64,000 bases of DNA from an uncultured delta proteobacterium (GTDB lineage: Bacteria > Desulfobacterota > Desulfobacteria > Desulfobacterales > Desulfosarcinaceae), in NCBI GenBank assembly GCA_963697225.1, contig CAVONM010000013.1, forward strand, positions 42,375 through 106,374. Reading direction: 5' to 3'. Both the position numbers and the translations under genes were made by a program. How positions within the stretch are numbered: position 1 is the first letter of the stretch; the number at the start of each line of letters is the position of its first letter. Positions 8,160-18,354 of this stretch are shown piece after piece. The notes under the pieces were generated by a model. That model did not search any database and was not told the DNA's origin. It saw nothing but the letters and a program-made list of their open reading frames with translations.

Positions 8160-11100
8160 TCAGCTTTCAGTTTGCTTGGCTATCGGCGGAAACGTCGTGG
8201 CCCGGGCGAAGGCCATGGCGAAATCAGGTTCGGAGGCCAGTTCCAGATAGCGGATGCGGCGGCTCAGGGCGCGGGCTTCCGATCTCAATTTTTTATCCAA
8301 GAGGGCCATTACGATCCCCACGCCTGCCAGATTTTCTCTGGGGATAACTTCTCCTTCGGCAACGACCGGCGGAAGCATGCCGATGGCCAGGGCGTTTTTC
8401 CAGTTGAAGCGGGCCCCGAAGGCACCGGTGAGGATGGTTCGGTCGATTTTTTCGATGCCTGCCTTGCGCATGAGAAATTCGATGCCCGTGATAAGCGCCC
8501 CCTTGGCCAGTTGAATCTGGCGGACGTCTTTCAAGGTGACTGCAATATCGCTGCCGGTGGTGGTTTGATCGCTGCTTGCGATGGTGTAGTGGCGTCCGAT
8601 GCCCGCTTGGTCGGAAACCACCCCGTCGATGGTCTCATCCAGCCGGCCGTTGGGCAGGATGGCCCCGATGTGGCGCAGGGCGGCGATGGCGTCTATGATG
8701 CCTGAGCCGCAAATGCCCATGGGCCTGTTTTGTCCGTCATTTCCCAGTACTTCGTAGTCAATGCGGCGGCTGCCTTTATCCGGCCATGCACGATGGATGG
8801 CGCCGGAGACCGCACGCATGCCGCAGGAGATCTGGGCCCCTTCCAGTGCCGGACCGGTGGCGCAGCTGGTGACCCACAATCCTTCCCGGTTGCCCAGCAC
8901 CACCTCGCCGTTGGTGCCGATATCCACAATGAGGGTGATCTCGTCGCGTTCGTGGGGTCGGTCGGCCAGAATGGCGGCCATGGTGTCTCCACCCACAAAA
9001 CCCGACACGACCGGCATGAAAAATACCGAAACGGCCGGATCGGTGACCAGCCCCAGATCTCCGGCGCTGAATGGCGGCGGGTTCAGTGTCAGGGGCAGAT
9101 AGGGGAAAACCCCCAGCCCATAGGGATGAAGCCCGGCAAAAACCTGCTGCATGGTGGTGTTGCCGCAGATGCCCACCTCATCGATGTCGCCGACTGTGGC
9201 GCCAACCTGTTCCAGGCAGCGGGTCATGAGAAAATTGATCGCTTCGGTGGCCAGATGTTGGAGTTGATCCAGGTGCGCATCCTTTTCGTTGATTCGGCTG
9301 ATGCGGCTGATCACGTCCTCGCCGAAGCGCCGTTGGGGATTGACACAGGCATCGGCGGCCAGCAGTGCGCCGGTCTCCAGATTGCACAGATAGCCTGCCA
9401 CCGACGTGGTGCCCAGGTCAACGGCGAACCCGAGGCCGGGGGTTTGCCTGCCTGCCAAAATACGGTGTAGGCCGGTCTCTTCGTGCACCACCAGGGTGAA
9501 GGCTTTCAGGCTGTCGCGATATTTGGCCAGCTGCCGCAAGGATGCAATATCGGCAGCCGAGGCGGCCGGTTCGCCGACCTGCGCAGCCAGCCAGTCCAGC
9601 AGGCTTTCCGGGACGTGGTCTGTTTTCAGGCCCGGCGAGCGGTCTTCAACGGCCAGGCGCCGGGTCATGGCATCCACTGGATAGCTGCCAGCGATGCCGG
9701 TTTTGCCTCTTGCTTCGGAATTTCCAGCCAAGGTGTCGGGGATGGTGACCGTTCCTTTGCCGATGGCCCGGGCCTGGCAGGCCAGCCGGGATCCATCGGC
9801 CATTTGATCAGGTGTGAGCACATCCAGTTCCGCCTGGGTGGCTGAAGAGAAATTCGCCTTGGGATGGACGATAACGCGGCACTTGCCGCAGACCCCCATG
9901 CCGCCGCAGTCGGCACGGATGTCGATGCTATGCGCGGCACCCAGTTCCTGGAGGGTTTGCTCTTCCTCTATGGCTACCTTGAGACCGGCCGGTTCGAAGG
10001 TGACCTGGCGGATGTGGCTGAAATTTACGGTGCCAGCGGTGCTCATATCCGACCGATGTTTCTTTTCCCGGCTGCCGTCTGCCTCGACGGTGGTGTCTGC
10101 CCCCCCGGTGAGCAAAAAACTATCGCTGCCATAGGTTTTCACCCGATCCGCTGCCGTAAACCAGCCGCTGCTGCGTACCTGCAGTTCCCGGGAAAGAAAG
10201 GCTGATCGTACATCTAACCGACCACCGGCCACACGCCACTGGATGCAGCGGTAAGGCGTGAAGCCCGCTTCGCTTTTCGATCGGCTGCGGGTGGCGATAC
10301 CGCCGGTTTCGGTGGACCCGTAGACCTCCACCAGATCCACGCCCGTTGCCTTGGAAAATGCCGCGCCGTCGGCTTCGGCCAGTGGGCCGGCCGAGGAAAA
10401 AGCCAGCCGCAGGGCGCCTTTTCCCGGCGGGTTTTCTCTGAGCGCCTGGTAGTGGACCGGCACGCCCACGAAAATGGTGGGTGACGTGTCGGTCATTTGA
10501 CGTTTGATCGCTTCGGGAAAGGAGGGGGTCTGTGCCACCACCCGGGCAGATGCCACCAGGGGTACCAGCAGGGAATAGAGCAGCCCGTAAATCTGCAGGG
10601 CCGGCACGCTGGCCAGAATGCGGTCGCCGCTGCTGATCTCGTAACACTTTATCAGATAGTCCACTTCGCCCAGCAGATTGCGCGGCGTCTTGGACCACAG
10701 GCGCGGGGCGCCGGTGGATCCGCCGGTGAGTAGAACCACCCAGGGCCGGTCAGCATTGGGCGCTTCGTCAGGCGCCAGGGCCTCCGCTTCGTCGTCCAGT
10801 TGCTGGGGTTCGATGACCGTAATCGTTGTCGGCAAGGGTGCTGGGGGACGTGTGATGATTCGGGTGAAGCCGGTCCGGCGATGAAGTTCGGAAACTGTGT
10901 TTGCTGAGAAGTCATCAGGAATCAGCAAGCTCGGACCGTCGACGAGTGTCGCCAGTATGGCCGCGGCCAATACCGAGCGATCATCCGTACCCATGCATAC
11001 CGGGGCCTTGTCTTCGCCGTCGCTGGTCAGCACCGCCCGAATCCGTCTGGCCATCCGGTAGATCCCATCGTAATTGATGCCGGGCATGGTAAATGCCTGA

Positions 11101-11177
11101 CCGGGTCGTTCCGGTCCCGACAATAGCCGTTGCATTCGCATCACCACCGGATCGGTCTTTTTCTTTGCCTCGGTCAT
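8160..11177 (-). CDS. Fusion protein: N-terminal adenylate-forming (AMP-binding) domain + plant-type [2Fe-2S] ferredoxin domain + C-terminal ASKHA ATPase of the RACo/DUF4445 type
   Basis: AMP-binding motifs LLTGGSTGAPRLWSKT and VYGSTETGG are present. The ferredoxin Cys motif is CGGMGVCGKCRV...LACQA. The ASKHA phosphate loops are FAVDLGTTSVAGYL...NPQRRFGEDVISRI and IVDIGTNGEVVLG. Confidence 0.8.
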   Translation of the reverse strand: MTEAKKKTDPVVMRMQRLLSGPERPGQAFTMPGINYDGIYRMARRIRAVLTSDGEDKAPVCMGTDDRSVLAAAILATLVDGPSLLIPDDFSANTVSELHRRTGFTRIITRPPAPLPTTITVIEPQQLDDEAEALAPDEAPNADRPWVVLLTGGSTGAPRLWSKTPRNLLGEVDYLIKCYEISSGDRILASVPALQIYGLLYSLLVPLVASARVVAQTPSFPEAIKRQMTDTSPTIFVGVPVHYQALRENPPGKGALRLAFSSAGPLAEADGAAFSKATGVDLVEVYGSTETGGIATRSRSKSEAGFTPYRCIQWRVAGGRLDVRSAFLSRELQVRSSGWFTAADRVKTYGSDSFLLTGGADTTVEADGSREKKHRSDMSTAGTVNFSHIRQVTFEPAGLKVAIEEEQTLQELGAAHSIDIRADCGGMGVCGKCRVIVHPKANFSSATQAELDVLTPDQMADGSRLACQARAIGKGTVTIPDTLAGNSEARGKTGIAGSYPVDAMTRRLAVEDRSPGLKTDHVPESLLDWLAAQVGEPAASAADIASLRQLAKYRDSLKAFTLVVHEETGLHRILAGRQTPGLGFAVDLGTTSVAGYLCNLETGALLAADACVNPQRRFGEDVISRISRINEKDAHLDQLQHLATEAINFLMTRCLEQVGATVGDIDEVGICGNTTMQQVFAGLHPYGLGVFPYLPLTLNPPPFSAGDLGLVTDPAVSVFFMPVVSGFVGGDTMAAILADRPHERDEITLIVDIGTNGEVVLGNREGLWVTSCATGPALEGAQISCGMRAVSGAIHRAWPDKGSRRIDYEVLGNDGQNRPMGICGSGIIDAIAALRHIGAILPNGRLDETIDGVVSDQAGIGRHYTIASSDQTTTGSDIAVTLKDVRQIQLAKGALITGIEFLMRKAGIEKIDRTILTGAFGARFNWKNALAIGMLPPVVAEGEVIPRENLAGVGIVMALLDKKLRSEARALSRRIRYLELASEPDFAMAFARATTFPPIAKQTES

Positions 11178-11490
11178 TGAATGAGAAGTCCCTTCAAATG
11201 GTTACTGTTATATCAGGCTATCGATGGGGTCAAGGTGATTAACCGGCTGTCCACTTGACACCGTCCGATTATTTCACTACCTAACGGGTTCTCGCCTGCA
11301 CCTTTGTCGAGATGTGATCGACTTGTAATTACCTGTGGAGGTCCATGGATGTACGGTTGTACCCGCCCGCTGACCAATCTTGAACCCAGCTGCATCGCAC
11401 AAAAAACCTTTTGCCCGATCACCGGCAGTGTCCCGGCATCGGCGCCTGTGGGCTGGCGTAGATGCCGGACTGCACCCGAACGGTCTGCCC

Positions 11491-12384
11491 ATGACCGATA
11501 GGCCAGATTCGCGATTGCCAGAAAAACCACCGGTCGTCTTGGGCCTGCTGGGCGGCCTCGCCGTCTTTGTTTCAGCCTTTTGTTTTTACTTCTCCACAGT
11601 CGTGATTCGTTGGTCCCGTGAGGGGGTGGCCATCGATTCCGCCTATTTCGCTTTTTTCCGATTCTTGCTGGGATTTGCAGTGGTCTGTGTGATCATGGGT
11701 GTGCGCCGGCAGAAACCGGCCCCCAGGCGCTATCATCTTCTCATCGGCCGCACACTGGGAAACTGCATTGCCGTGTATTGTTTTTACCAGGCGGTGCGCT
11801 ACACCTCGGTGGTCGAGGCCAATATTTTGAACATGACCTATCCCATCTTCGTGGCCATCCTGTCCTGGATCCTGCTGCGCCGCCAGCGGGATGCGGTTGC
11901 CGTGGCCATGGTGGTGGTGGCCATTGCCGGGGTCTGGCTGATTCTTCAGCCCGGCCGCATGGGCATGGGTGTCCACAGTCTCTGGGGATTGAGTTCGGGG
12001 ATCAGTGCGGCCGTTTCCATTTTCTATTTAAATCTCAGCCGGCAGCACCACGATGCCAACACCGTCCTGTTTTACATGTTCGGCCTGGGATCGGTGTTGA
12101 TGTTTCTCTTCTTCCGGGAGCATTTCTTCTGGCCGAATGGCCGTGAGCTATATTATCTGACGCTGTGCGGCGGGGCTGGCATTGCCGGCCAGTTTCTGAT
12201 CACCCTTGGGTTTCGCTATGTCACGGCCGTGGAGGGCGGCGTCATCTCCTCGACACGGATATTGCTGGCCGGCATACTGGGGCCGTGGTTGGTGGCGGAT
12301 CCTTCTTTGGGAACGGCTGGATGGATGGGTGCCTTGCTGATCTTCGGGGCCAACGTGGTGCTTGCTGTTCGCAAAGGCCGCTGA
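11491..12384 (+). CDS. EamA/DMT-family transporter (10 TM)
   Basis: Two EamA-like hydrophobic halves. Transcribed divergently from the fusion gene. Start chosen at MTDRPD. Confidence 0.7.
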   Translation: MTDRPDSRLPEKPPVVLGLLGGLAVFVSAFCFYFSTVVIRWSREGVAIDSAYFAFFRFLLGFAVVCVIMGVRRQKPAPRRYHLLIGRTLGNCIAVYCFYQAVRYTSVVEANILNMTYPIFVAILSWILLRRQRDAVAVAMVVVAIAGVWLILQPGRMGMGVHSLWGLSSGISAAVSIFYLNLSRQHHDANTVLFYMFGLGSVLMFLFFREHFFWPNGRELYYLTLCGGAGIAGQFLITLGFRYVTAVEGGVISSTRILLAGILGPWLVADPSLGTAGWMGALLIFGANVVLAVRKGR

Positions 12385-12455
12385 CGCGACCGGCTTTCCT
12401 ACCGGTGCATCACCGGCGGATACCAATGATCCCCCAAACGGAAAACACAGCCGAT

Positions 12456-15400
12456 TTACCTGGGCCTGGCCACGTGCCAAATCATATCCGTCCGGTTTCC
12501 GGAGGTCAGGCAGGTGAGTATTTCGAATCCGCATTTGTCGAGGGTGGTGCGGATTGCCGTTTGGCTGCGGCAGCAAGCCTGACGTCCGCCTATTCTGAGC
12601 GCCAAATGCACTAGCTGCCGGCGCCAGTGGGGTCTGTTCGACCGGGGCAGCAGCGATCGCATGATCAGACGACCACCGGGAAGCAGGCGCTCATGGATGC
12701 GTTCCAGGGTTTTTTCCAACTCCCAGTCCTGCAGGAAGTGACCTACGTCGATCATGGTCGCCAGATTCAGCAGCACATCCATTGCCGGCAAATCGGGTGC
12801 GGATCCCCTGACGATGCGCCCCTGTTCGCCCAACACCAGGGCAGCCACCCGCACCCGCTCGGGCTGCGGATCGATGCCGTGGATGGTGGCGTGGGGATAA
12901 TGCTCGGCCAGCCAGCAGGCCGACACGCCGTACCCGCAGCCCACATCCAGGATGTTGGCCAGGTCGGTTTTTTTCGGCACCAGTGCCGCCAGCTCACTCA
13001 AGAGCGGGTCCACCCGTTGCGAGTAGTGGGCAAACAGGCGCGGGCAGGGCGCCATGTTGCGGTAGCGCCAGGCGACGCCTTCGGCGGCTGGGGGTGGATT
13101 TTCGAACCGTCGTTTCAACAAAGGGGGCAGGATCAGCAGCGTGCCGACAAGGCAATAGCCGATGCCGAAAAAGGAGATCTGTCCGGCGCTTTTCAACAGA
13201 TCATGATCGGCGCCCCAGATTGCGGCAGCACCCACCAGGGTGCAACCGGCGGCCATGACCAGTGCCGTTCGAACCACCGAGAAACAGGGATTGTCGAACC
13301 GCTGGTAGCGCTGGTATCCCCGGACCATGAGCAGGGGACTGCATACGCCCACGCCCAGTATGATTACCGACAGCAGCATCAGTGCGGTGAGGTTTAGTGG
13401 GTGGCCCAACATGCCCATGGTGCCCAACGTACAAATATAGGCGAAGGCCGGGGGCAGCAGGGCAATGAGCAGCAGGCCCATATCGGCCATATAGAAGGCC
13501 AGCAGAAAGGTCAGGACTGCCCCGATGAGCAGCAGCATCGCGATAAGTCCATCGTACAGCCGTTTTTCCATGCGTTGGGAGAGGTGTGCCGGATCGAATA
13601 TAGCCGATATGTCGGATATCCGGTCGTAAAATCGCTGGTTGTCAAAGTGCACACGGGGGGTGATGCGGGTTACCTGGCGCCATTGACCGTCGTTTCCGTC
13701 CCTATGGATACCCAGCAGCGTCTGTACGCTCGGCGGGATGGTGGTCGGGTGGGGGGATGCGGCGGTGATCATGGTCAAAAACGGGTCAAATACACCCTCG
13801 GCAAACCCCTGGGCCGCGCCTTCCCGATTCACCGCCGCGCTGACCATGCGGACGCGTTCCGCGGTCCAGAATTGGTTCCAGGCGTCGAAATTGTCTGCGC
13901 TGCGGCTGCGTCCGGGCCAAAACAGGGATGGTGTCAATGCCTTTTCGATGCTGCCGGCGTGGGTTTCGGTTTCGAGTCGCTCCAGCAACCGGTCGTTTTT
14001 GGCCTGAAGGGCGGCCAGGTCGTTTGCCTCGGTCACCAGATAGACGCTGGAAAAAATGTCACCCCACACACGGGTGATCAATTCCTCCGCCGCACGCGTT
14101 TCCCGGCTGACGCCGCTCATGGCTTTCGGGTCCGTGGCAATGTGGGGCCGGATGAAAAGGGACAGCCCCACCGCAGTCAACAGGGCCAACGCCAGTCCCG
14201 GCCAGCCGGCTGAAAAGAGACGGCCCAGCAGCCGTGGAAAACGGCGTTCGGCAGGCACCGCACGGTGCTGGTCGTCCGTCAGGATCCGGGGGAAGACGGT
14301 GTGGACGAACAGGCAGGAAAAGCCGATCCCCATTGCAGTAACCCACCCTATTTGTTCGAAAACGGCAACGCCGCGGGCGGCCATGGCGCCGAAGACACCG
14401 ATGGTGGTGAGCACGGCCGGCAGCCCGATGGCCCGGATTTCACGGGAGGCCTGCCTTGTCCGTTTTTTACCGCCATTGTCGACAAAGAGCATGTAGGCGA
14501 TGCCGTGGTGTATGGTGATCGAAACCATTACACTCCCGAAGCCCAGTACCATGATGGAAATGCTGTCGTGACTCAATGAAAAGACGAAAACGGCCATGAC
14601 TGTCCCGACCAGTGCCGGCAACAGGGCCAACAGTCCCGCCAGAGGATTGGAAAAGGCGGCCAGCAGCAGTACACCGATGCCCACCGCGGTCCACCGGATG
14701 GCCCGATGCACGTCCCGTTTAACGATGGTTTCGTTGTCCAGGGTGGAACGAAAGGTTCCTGCGGTGGTCAGGGTGATCCCACTGCCGATATTTTGTTTCA
14801 GGCCCTCATCCAGTTCGTGGAAGAATCCTGTCAGGGCGCGCGCCACGGTCGTGTCCGTGCCGTGACCGATCGGGGTGGCCAGGATCAGCAGGTGGCGGTG
14901 GTCGGCGGAGAGAAAACGGCCGCGGTGAATGGTCGTCCCGGGTGTTGGATTCATGGCGGCCAGTCGGGAGAGGATGCTCTGGCGCAGACCCAGCGGGTCG
15001 GTGGCCAATGCCGATGCTGGACTGATGCCGGCCATCCGGTTGTGGTCAGCCCCGCTCCTGGTCAGGGCTTGATGAATTGCCTCGTCGGTCAACAACGGGG
15101 CGACCTGCTGCGCCAACTCCCCCGCGGTAAACAATACAGGCAGATGATGGCAGACCAGATCCGCCAGATCGACAAGTCCCTGCTGCATAGACGGATGTTG
15201 CCTCTGCGCGAACAGGTCGCTTTGCTTCATCCGGTTTTCGACCATTTCTGCGGCGGCGACCAGTCGTGACATATCCCCCTTGATGGATTCGATGTCGATG
15301 GCGATTTGATTGGTTTTTATGATGCCCAGTCCGTCGGCAATCTCAGGGTTGTCCGTGAACAGCGGGCCTGGCATGTCATTATCGATGGTGATGCGGTTGA

Positions 15401-15479
15401 ATGCGACCAGGAAAAGGGTCGCACCGATGAGGGTGACCGCTGCCAGCGCAAACATGTTGATGGACGAATTCAGTCGCAT
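12456..15479 (-). CDS. MMPL/RND-like 'predicted exporter' (COG4258-type, two 6-TM bundles) fused to a C-terminal class I SAM-dependent methyltransferase domain
   Basis: About 800 aa of membrane protein with two transmembrane clusters separated by periplasmic-like domains. The C-terminal ILDVGCGYGVSACWLAEHYPHATIHGIDPQPERV...LPGGRLIM is SAM-MTase motif I plus post-I. Confidence 0.75.
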   Translation of the reverse strand: MRLNSSINMFALAAVTLIGATLFLVAFNRITIDNDMPGPLFTDNPEIADGLGIIKTNQIAIDIESIKGDMSRLVAAAEMVENRMKQSDLFAQRQHPSMQQGLVDLADLVCHHLPVLFTAGELAQQVAPLLTDEAIHQALTRSGADHNRMAGISPASALATDPLGLRQSILSRLAAMNPTPGTTIHRGRFLSADHRHLLILATPIGHGTDTTVARALTGFFHELDEGLKQNIGSGITLTTAGTFRSTLDNETIVKRDVHRAIRWTAVGIGVLLLAAFSNPLAGLLALLPALVGTVMAVFVFSLSHDSISIMVLGFGSVMVSITIHHGIAYMLFVDNGGKKRTRQASREIRAIGLPAVLTTIGVFGAMAARGVAVFEQIGWVTAMGIGFSCLFVHTVFPRILTDDQHRAVPAERRFPRLLGRLFSAGWPGLALALLTAVGLSLFIRPHIATDPKAMSGVSRETRAAEELITRVWGDIFSSVYLVTEANDLAALQAKNDRLLERLETETHAGSIEKALTPSLFWPGRSRSADNFDAWNQFWTAERVRMVSAAVNREGAAQGFAEGVFDPFLTMITAASPHPTTIPPSVQTLLGIHRDGNDGQWRQVTRITPRVHFDNQRFYDRISDISAIFDPAHLSQRMEKRLYDGLIAMLLLIGAVLTFLLAFYMADMGLLLIALLPPAFAYICTLGTMGMLGHPLNLTALMLLSVIILGVGVCSPLLMVRGYQRYQRFDNPCFSVVRTALVMAAGCTLVGAAAIWGADHDLLKSAGQISFFGIGYCLVGTLLILPPLLKRRFENPPPAAEGVAWRYRNMAPCPRLFAHYSQRVDPLLSELAALVPKKTDLANILDVGCGYGVSACWLAEHYPHATIHGIDPQPERVRVAALVLGEQGRIVRGSAPDLPAMDVLLNLATMIDVGHFLQDWELEKTLERIHERLLPGGRLIMRSLLPRSNRPHWRRQLVHLALRIGGRQACCRSQTAIRTTLDKCGFEILTCLTSGNRTDMIWHVARPR

Positions 15480-15632
15480 GCGGATCGCCTTTTGGGCAAG
15501 AAACGGGTTCCAGGAAACAGCCGGTTGATGTGTAGCGTCAGTTCCATCGGGTCATTGTTGACGATCACCGGCAGCTGCGGTACCCGGATGCATGATTCCG
15601 GAGAATGATCCGGCTCCATGGCTTGGTGCCGG

Positions 15633-16226
15633 TTATTTCTGAACGCCCCATCGTTCGCGGATGTTGCGATGGTGGCAGGCCACGATGAACAAGGCGGTCA
15701 CCACGGCGCCGACGCCGGCCCGCCAATCGGTTCCCATAGCGATCGTCGTTCCGGCGGCCAGCGTAACCACCATGGCAAAAGATGACAGAAACGGCGTTCG
15801 CCAGACCAGGTGTGCCGCCCCCCAAGCCAGGGTGCCGACACCGGCCCACATCGGTGCGATCACCAGGGTGAAACCCAGGTAGTTGGCCACCCCCTTGCCT
15901 CCCTTGAGGCCGTGAAAGCAGGGAAAGCGATTACCCAGGATCAGCCCGAGGCCCGCCCATGGCACCTGCCAGAAGGGCAACAGTGATCGGGCCACCAGGG
16001 CCACAGCGACCGCCCGACCCACGTCCAGCAGCAGGACTGCCAAGGCCCAGCCGATGCCTGCCTGCCGAAAGACATTAGTGGCACCGGGGTTGCCGCTGCC
16101 GTGACGACGCGGGTCACCGCGACCGGTGAATCGAAATGCCAGGATGGAAAAATTTACCGATCCGGCCAAATAGGCAGCGGCAATCATGAAGATGAATGTC
16201 GGCAGATGTGTGGCGGGCATGATCAT
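15633..16226 (-). CDS. plsY: Glycerol-3-phosphate acyltransferase PlsY (acyl-phosphate dependent)
   Basis: SGNPGATN signature, FPCFHGLKGGKGVA, 197-aa polytopic protein. Confidence 0.85.
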   Translation of the reverse strand: MIMPATHLPTFIFMIAAAYLAGSVNFSILAFRFTGRGDPRRHGSGNPGATNVFRQAGIGWALAVLLLDVGRAVAVALVARSLLPFWQVPWAGLGLILGNRFPCFHGLKGGKGVANYLGFTLVIAPMWAGVGTLAWGAAHLVWRTPFLSSFAMVVTLAAGTTIAMGTDWRAGVGAVVTALFIVACHHRNIRERWGVQK

Positions 16227-16592
16227 TGTTAAGCCATCAACAGAAAAAGGTTAACCTGCATGATGTTTCGGATCGAAGTGGCCATCTGATCACAGCCAAT
16301 CCCAACGCGGGGGAGTGTATTTTCACCATCCACGGTTCAATTCGGGTTGGGTTCAGTTTCGCTTCGGGCCTTTTCGTGTCGATACGATATCGGCAGCTGC
16401 TGATACGCGGATTTCGGCTGAAGAGCAATAGTCTTGAAAGGGCATGATTGTCAATCCTCGCCGTGATCGCTGACGGCAACCAATGACCCCTCCGGCAACA
16501 GGCGGTCGACCGGCCAATCTGCTACAAATCCTTGACAATTGATTGCCGAACGGGTCTATTGGACATCTATTTATTGCTTTTATTCCAACACG

Positions 16593-17390
16593 ATGGGAGG
16601 AGCGATGGGGCTTAAAGAGCACGAATACATCAGGCAGACACTGGAGCGCTACACCAACTGCAAACTGGAGGATTTTTGCAGCCACGTGCTGATCACCAAT
16701 TTTCGTCAGTACATCAAAGCCTTTTCCGAGCAAACCGGGTGCGACATTCATGAGGGCAATTTCCGGATCGTCAATGCACCGGCGTTGGACTGCACAATGA
16801 TCGATTTCGGCATCGGCTCGCCTCAGGCGGCCCTGGTAATCAACGGCCTGGCCTACCTGGACAATCTGAAGTCGGTGGTCATGCTCGGGATGTGCGGCGG
16901 TATCGACGACATCCTGGAAGTGGGCGACTTCGTGGTGCCGACGGCCGCGATTCGGGGGGAGGGAACCAGCCGCCATTACCTGCCCATGGAATTCCCGGCC
17001 CTGCCGGCCATGTCCGTGAACCTGTTGTGCATCGGTGCCGTCAAGGCGCGCAAGATCGTTCCCCGCTGCGGTATCGTCTACACCACTGACCGCCGATTGT
17101 GGGAATTCGATGACGCTTTCGTGGACCACCTGCGTTGTCAGCGAATCCTGGCGATCGAGATGGAACTGGCCACGCTCTTCTCCGTGGCTTACCGCTATGA
17201 AGTGCCCATCGGTTCGATCATGCTGGTTTCAGACATGCCCTTGCAGCGGCGCGGCATCAAAGACAAGAAACTGCACGAGGAAATATACAAGAATCACATG
17301 AACATCCACCTGGATATTGCAATGGATGCCGTTTCCAATCTCAAGGCCCGATGGCCGGATGTGGAGCGGCAGTTGCACAGCGAGTGGTAA
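16593..17390 (+). CDS. Nucleoside phosphorylase-family protein (PNP_UDP_1 fold; AMP nucleosidase / MTA nucleosidase-like)
   Basis: VVMLGMCGGIDD...ILAIEMELATLFSVA motifs of phosphorylase family 1. Confidence 0.65.
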   Translation: MGGAMGLKEHEYIRQTLERYTNCKLEDFCSHVLITNFRQYIKAFSEQTGCDIHEGNFRIVNAPALDCTMIDFGIGSPQAALVINGLAYLDNLKSVVMLGMCGGIDDILEVGDFVVPTAAIRGEGTSRHYLPMEFPALPAMSVNLLCIGAVKARKIVPRCGIVYTTDRRLWEFDDAFVDHLRCQRILAIEMELATLFSVAYRYEVPIGSIMLVSDMPLQRRGIKDKKLHEEIYKNHMNIHLDIAMDAVSNLKARWPDVERQLHSEW

Positions 17391-17521
17391 TAGGCTTTAA
17401 GATAATGCATTTGGGCTGCGTTATCGGTCGTCGCAGTATACCAAATACGGCTTCCTCCCTCTGGCCTTGCCAAAAACATTATCTTGAAGCCTATGGGTGG
17501 GGCGTCGTGCCATTTCACGTG

Positions 17522-18289
17522 TTATGCCGGCAGGATGACTTCCAGTTCGATTTTGGAGAAGTCGTCCTTGCGAAGGGACAGGTGGTAGCCACGCACCTTG
17601 ATGTTGATCCTGTCATCGGAGGCCTTCACCTCCTCCAGTTCAATGATACTGCCAGGGGTGATGTCCAACTCCTTTAGCTTGTCCACGATGGTGCCTTTGC
17701 CTCTGACGCGGATCAGTCGGGCGACCTGACCCGACTCGAGGCTTTCCAGGGTGATCGTTTCCCGCCTGGCCTGTTGAAACTGCCGTTGACGTTTTTTTAG
17801 ATCATCCATGCATCGGGTGATGGCGTTCTCACACCCGGACAGGGCATTGTCCTTCTCGCAGAACTGGCGAAACCCCCCGATCCACTCCTCCCCCCCGCGG
17901 GGGCATATCTGGATGAACTCCACGAAGCGCACCAACCGGTCGATGATGGTCGGCGAAACGGCATGCTCCATCTTGCAGGCGGTGTCTTCCGCCTCCCGCT
18001 CCTCCACATCCAGCACTTTGGTGAAAAAATCCTTGAGGATTTCGTGGCGGCGTACAATGTCCCGGGCCAGGATTTCACCGCGGGGAGTCAGGGTGATCAC
18101 GTCGTAAGGGGCGTAGTTGATGTGGCCTTTTTCCGCCAACAGCCGCAGGGCGCCGGTGACCGAGGCACTGTTGACCGCCATGCGGACAGCAATGTCCTTT
18201 GCCCGTGCGGCCTTTTTACCGGAGACGATATGGTATATGGCCTCCAGATAATCCTCCATACTGGCGCTCAGTCGCTTGCTTTTCGGCAT
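17522..18289 (-). CDS. DtxR/IdeR-family metal-dependent transcriptional repressor with a C-terminal FeoA/SH3-like domain and a Cys-rich insert
   Basis: N-terminal HTH (MEDYLEAIYHIV...), metal-site residues ACKMEHAV, C-terminal SH3-like LESGQVARLIRV. An extra segment reads CPRGGEEW...CEKDNALSGCENAITRC. Confidence 0.8.
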   Translation of the reverse strand: MPKSKRLSASMEDYLEAIYHIVSGKKAARAKDIAVRMAVNSASVTGALRLLAEKGHINYAPYDVITLTPRGEILARDIVRRHEILKDFFTKVLDVEEREAEDTACKMEHAVSPTIIDRLVRFVEFIQICPRGGEEWIGGFRQFCEKDNALSGCENAITRCMDDLKKRQRQFQQARRETITLESLESGQVARLIRVRGKGTIVDKLKELDITPGSIIELEEVKASDDRINIKVRGYHLSLRKDDFSKIELEVILPA

Positions 18290-18354
18290 GCTGTTACTTA
18301 TCTTTGTTTGGCATCCGTTTACAGGATCAAGCAGGTCGTACCATGAATGCCGCG

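Noticed and set aside
8151-9470. Plus-strand ORFs (8151-8705, 8730-9470) overlapping the 3' part of the 1005-aa fusion gene
   Set aside because: Antisense ORFs within a gene with clear ASKHA motifs. G/A/D-rich low-complexity translations.
16353-17129. 258-aa minus-strand ORF overlapping the nucleoside phosphorylase gene
   Set aside because: Antisense ORF inside a well-supported gene. High-GC DNA generates long spurious frames. No domain signal.
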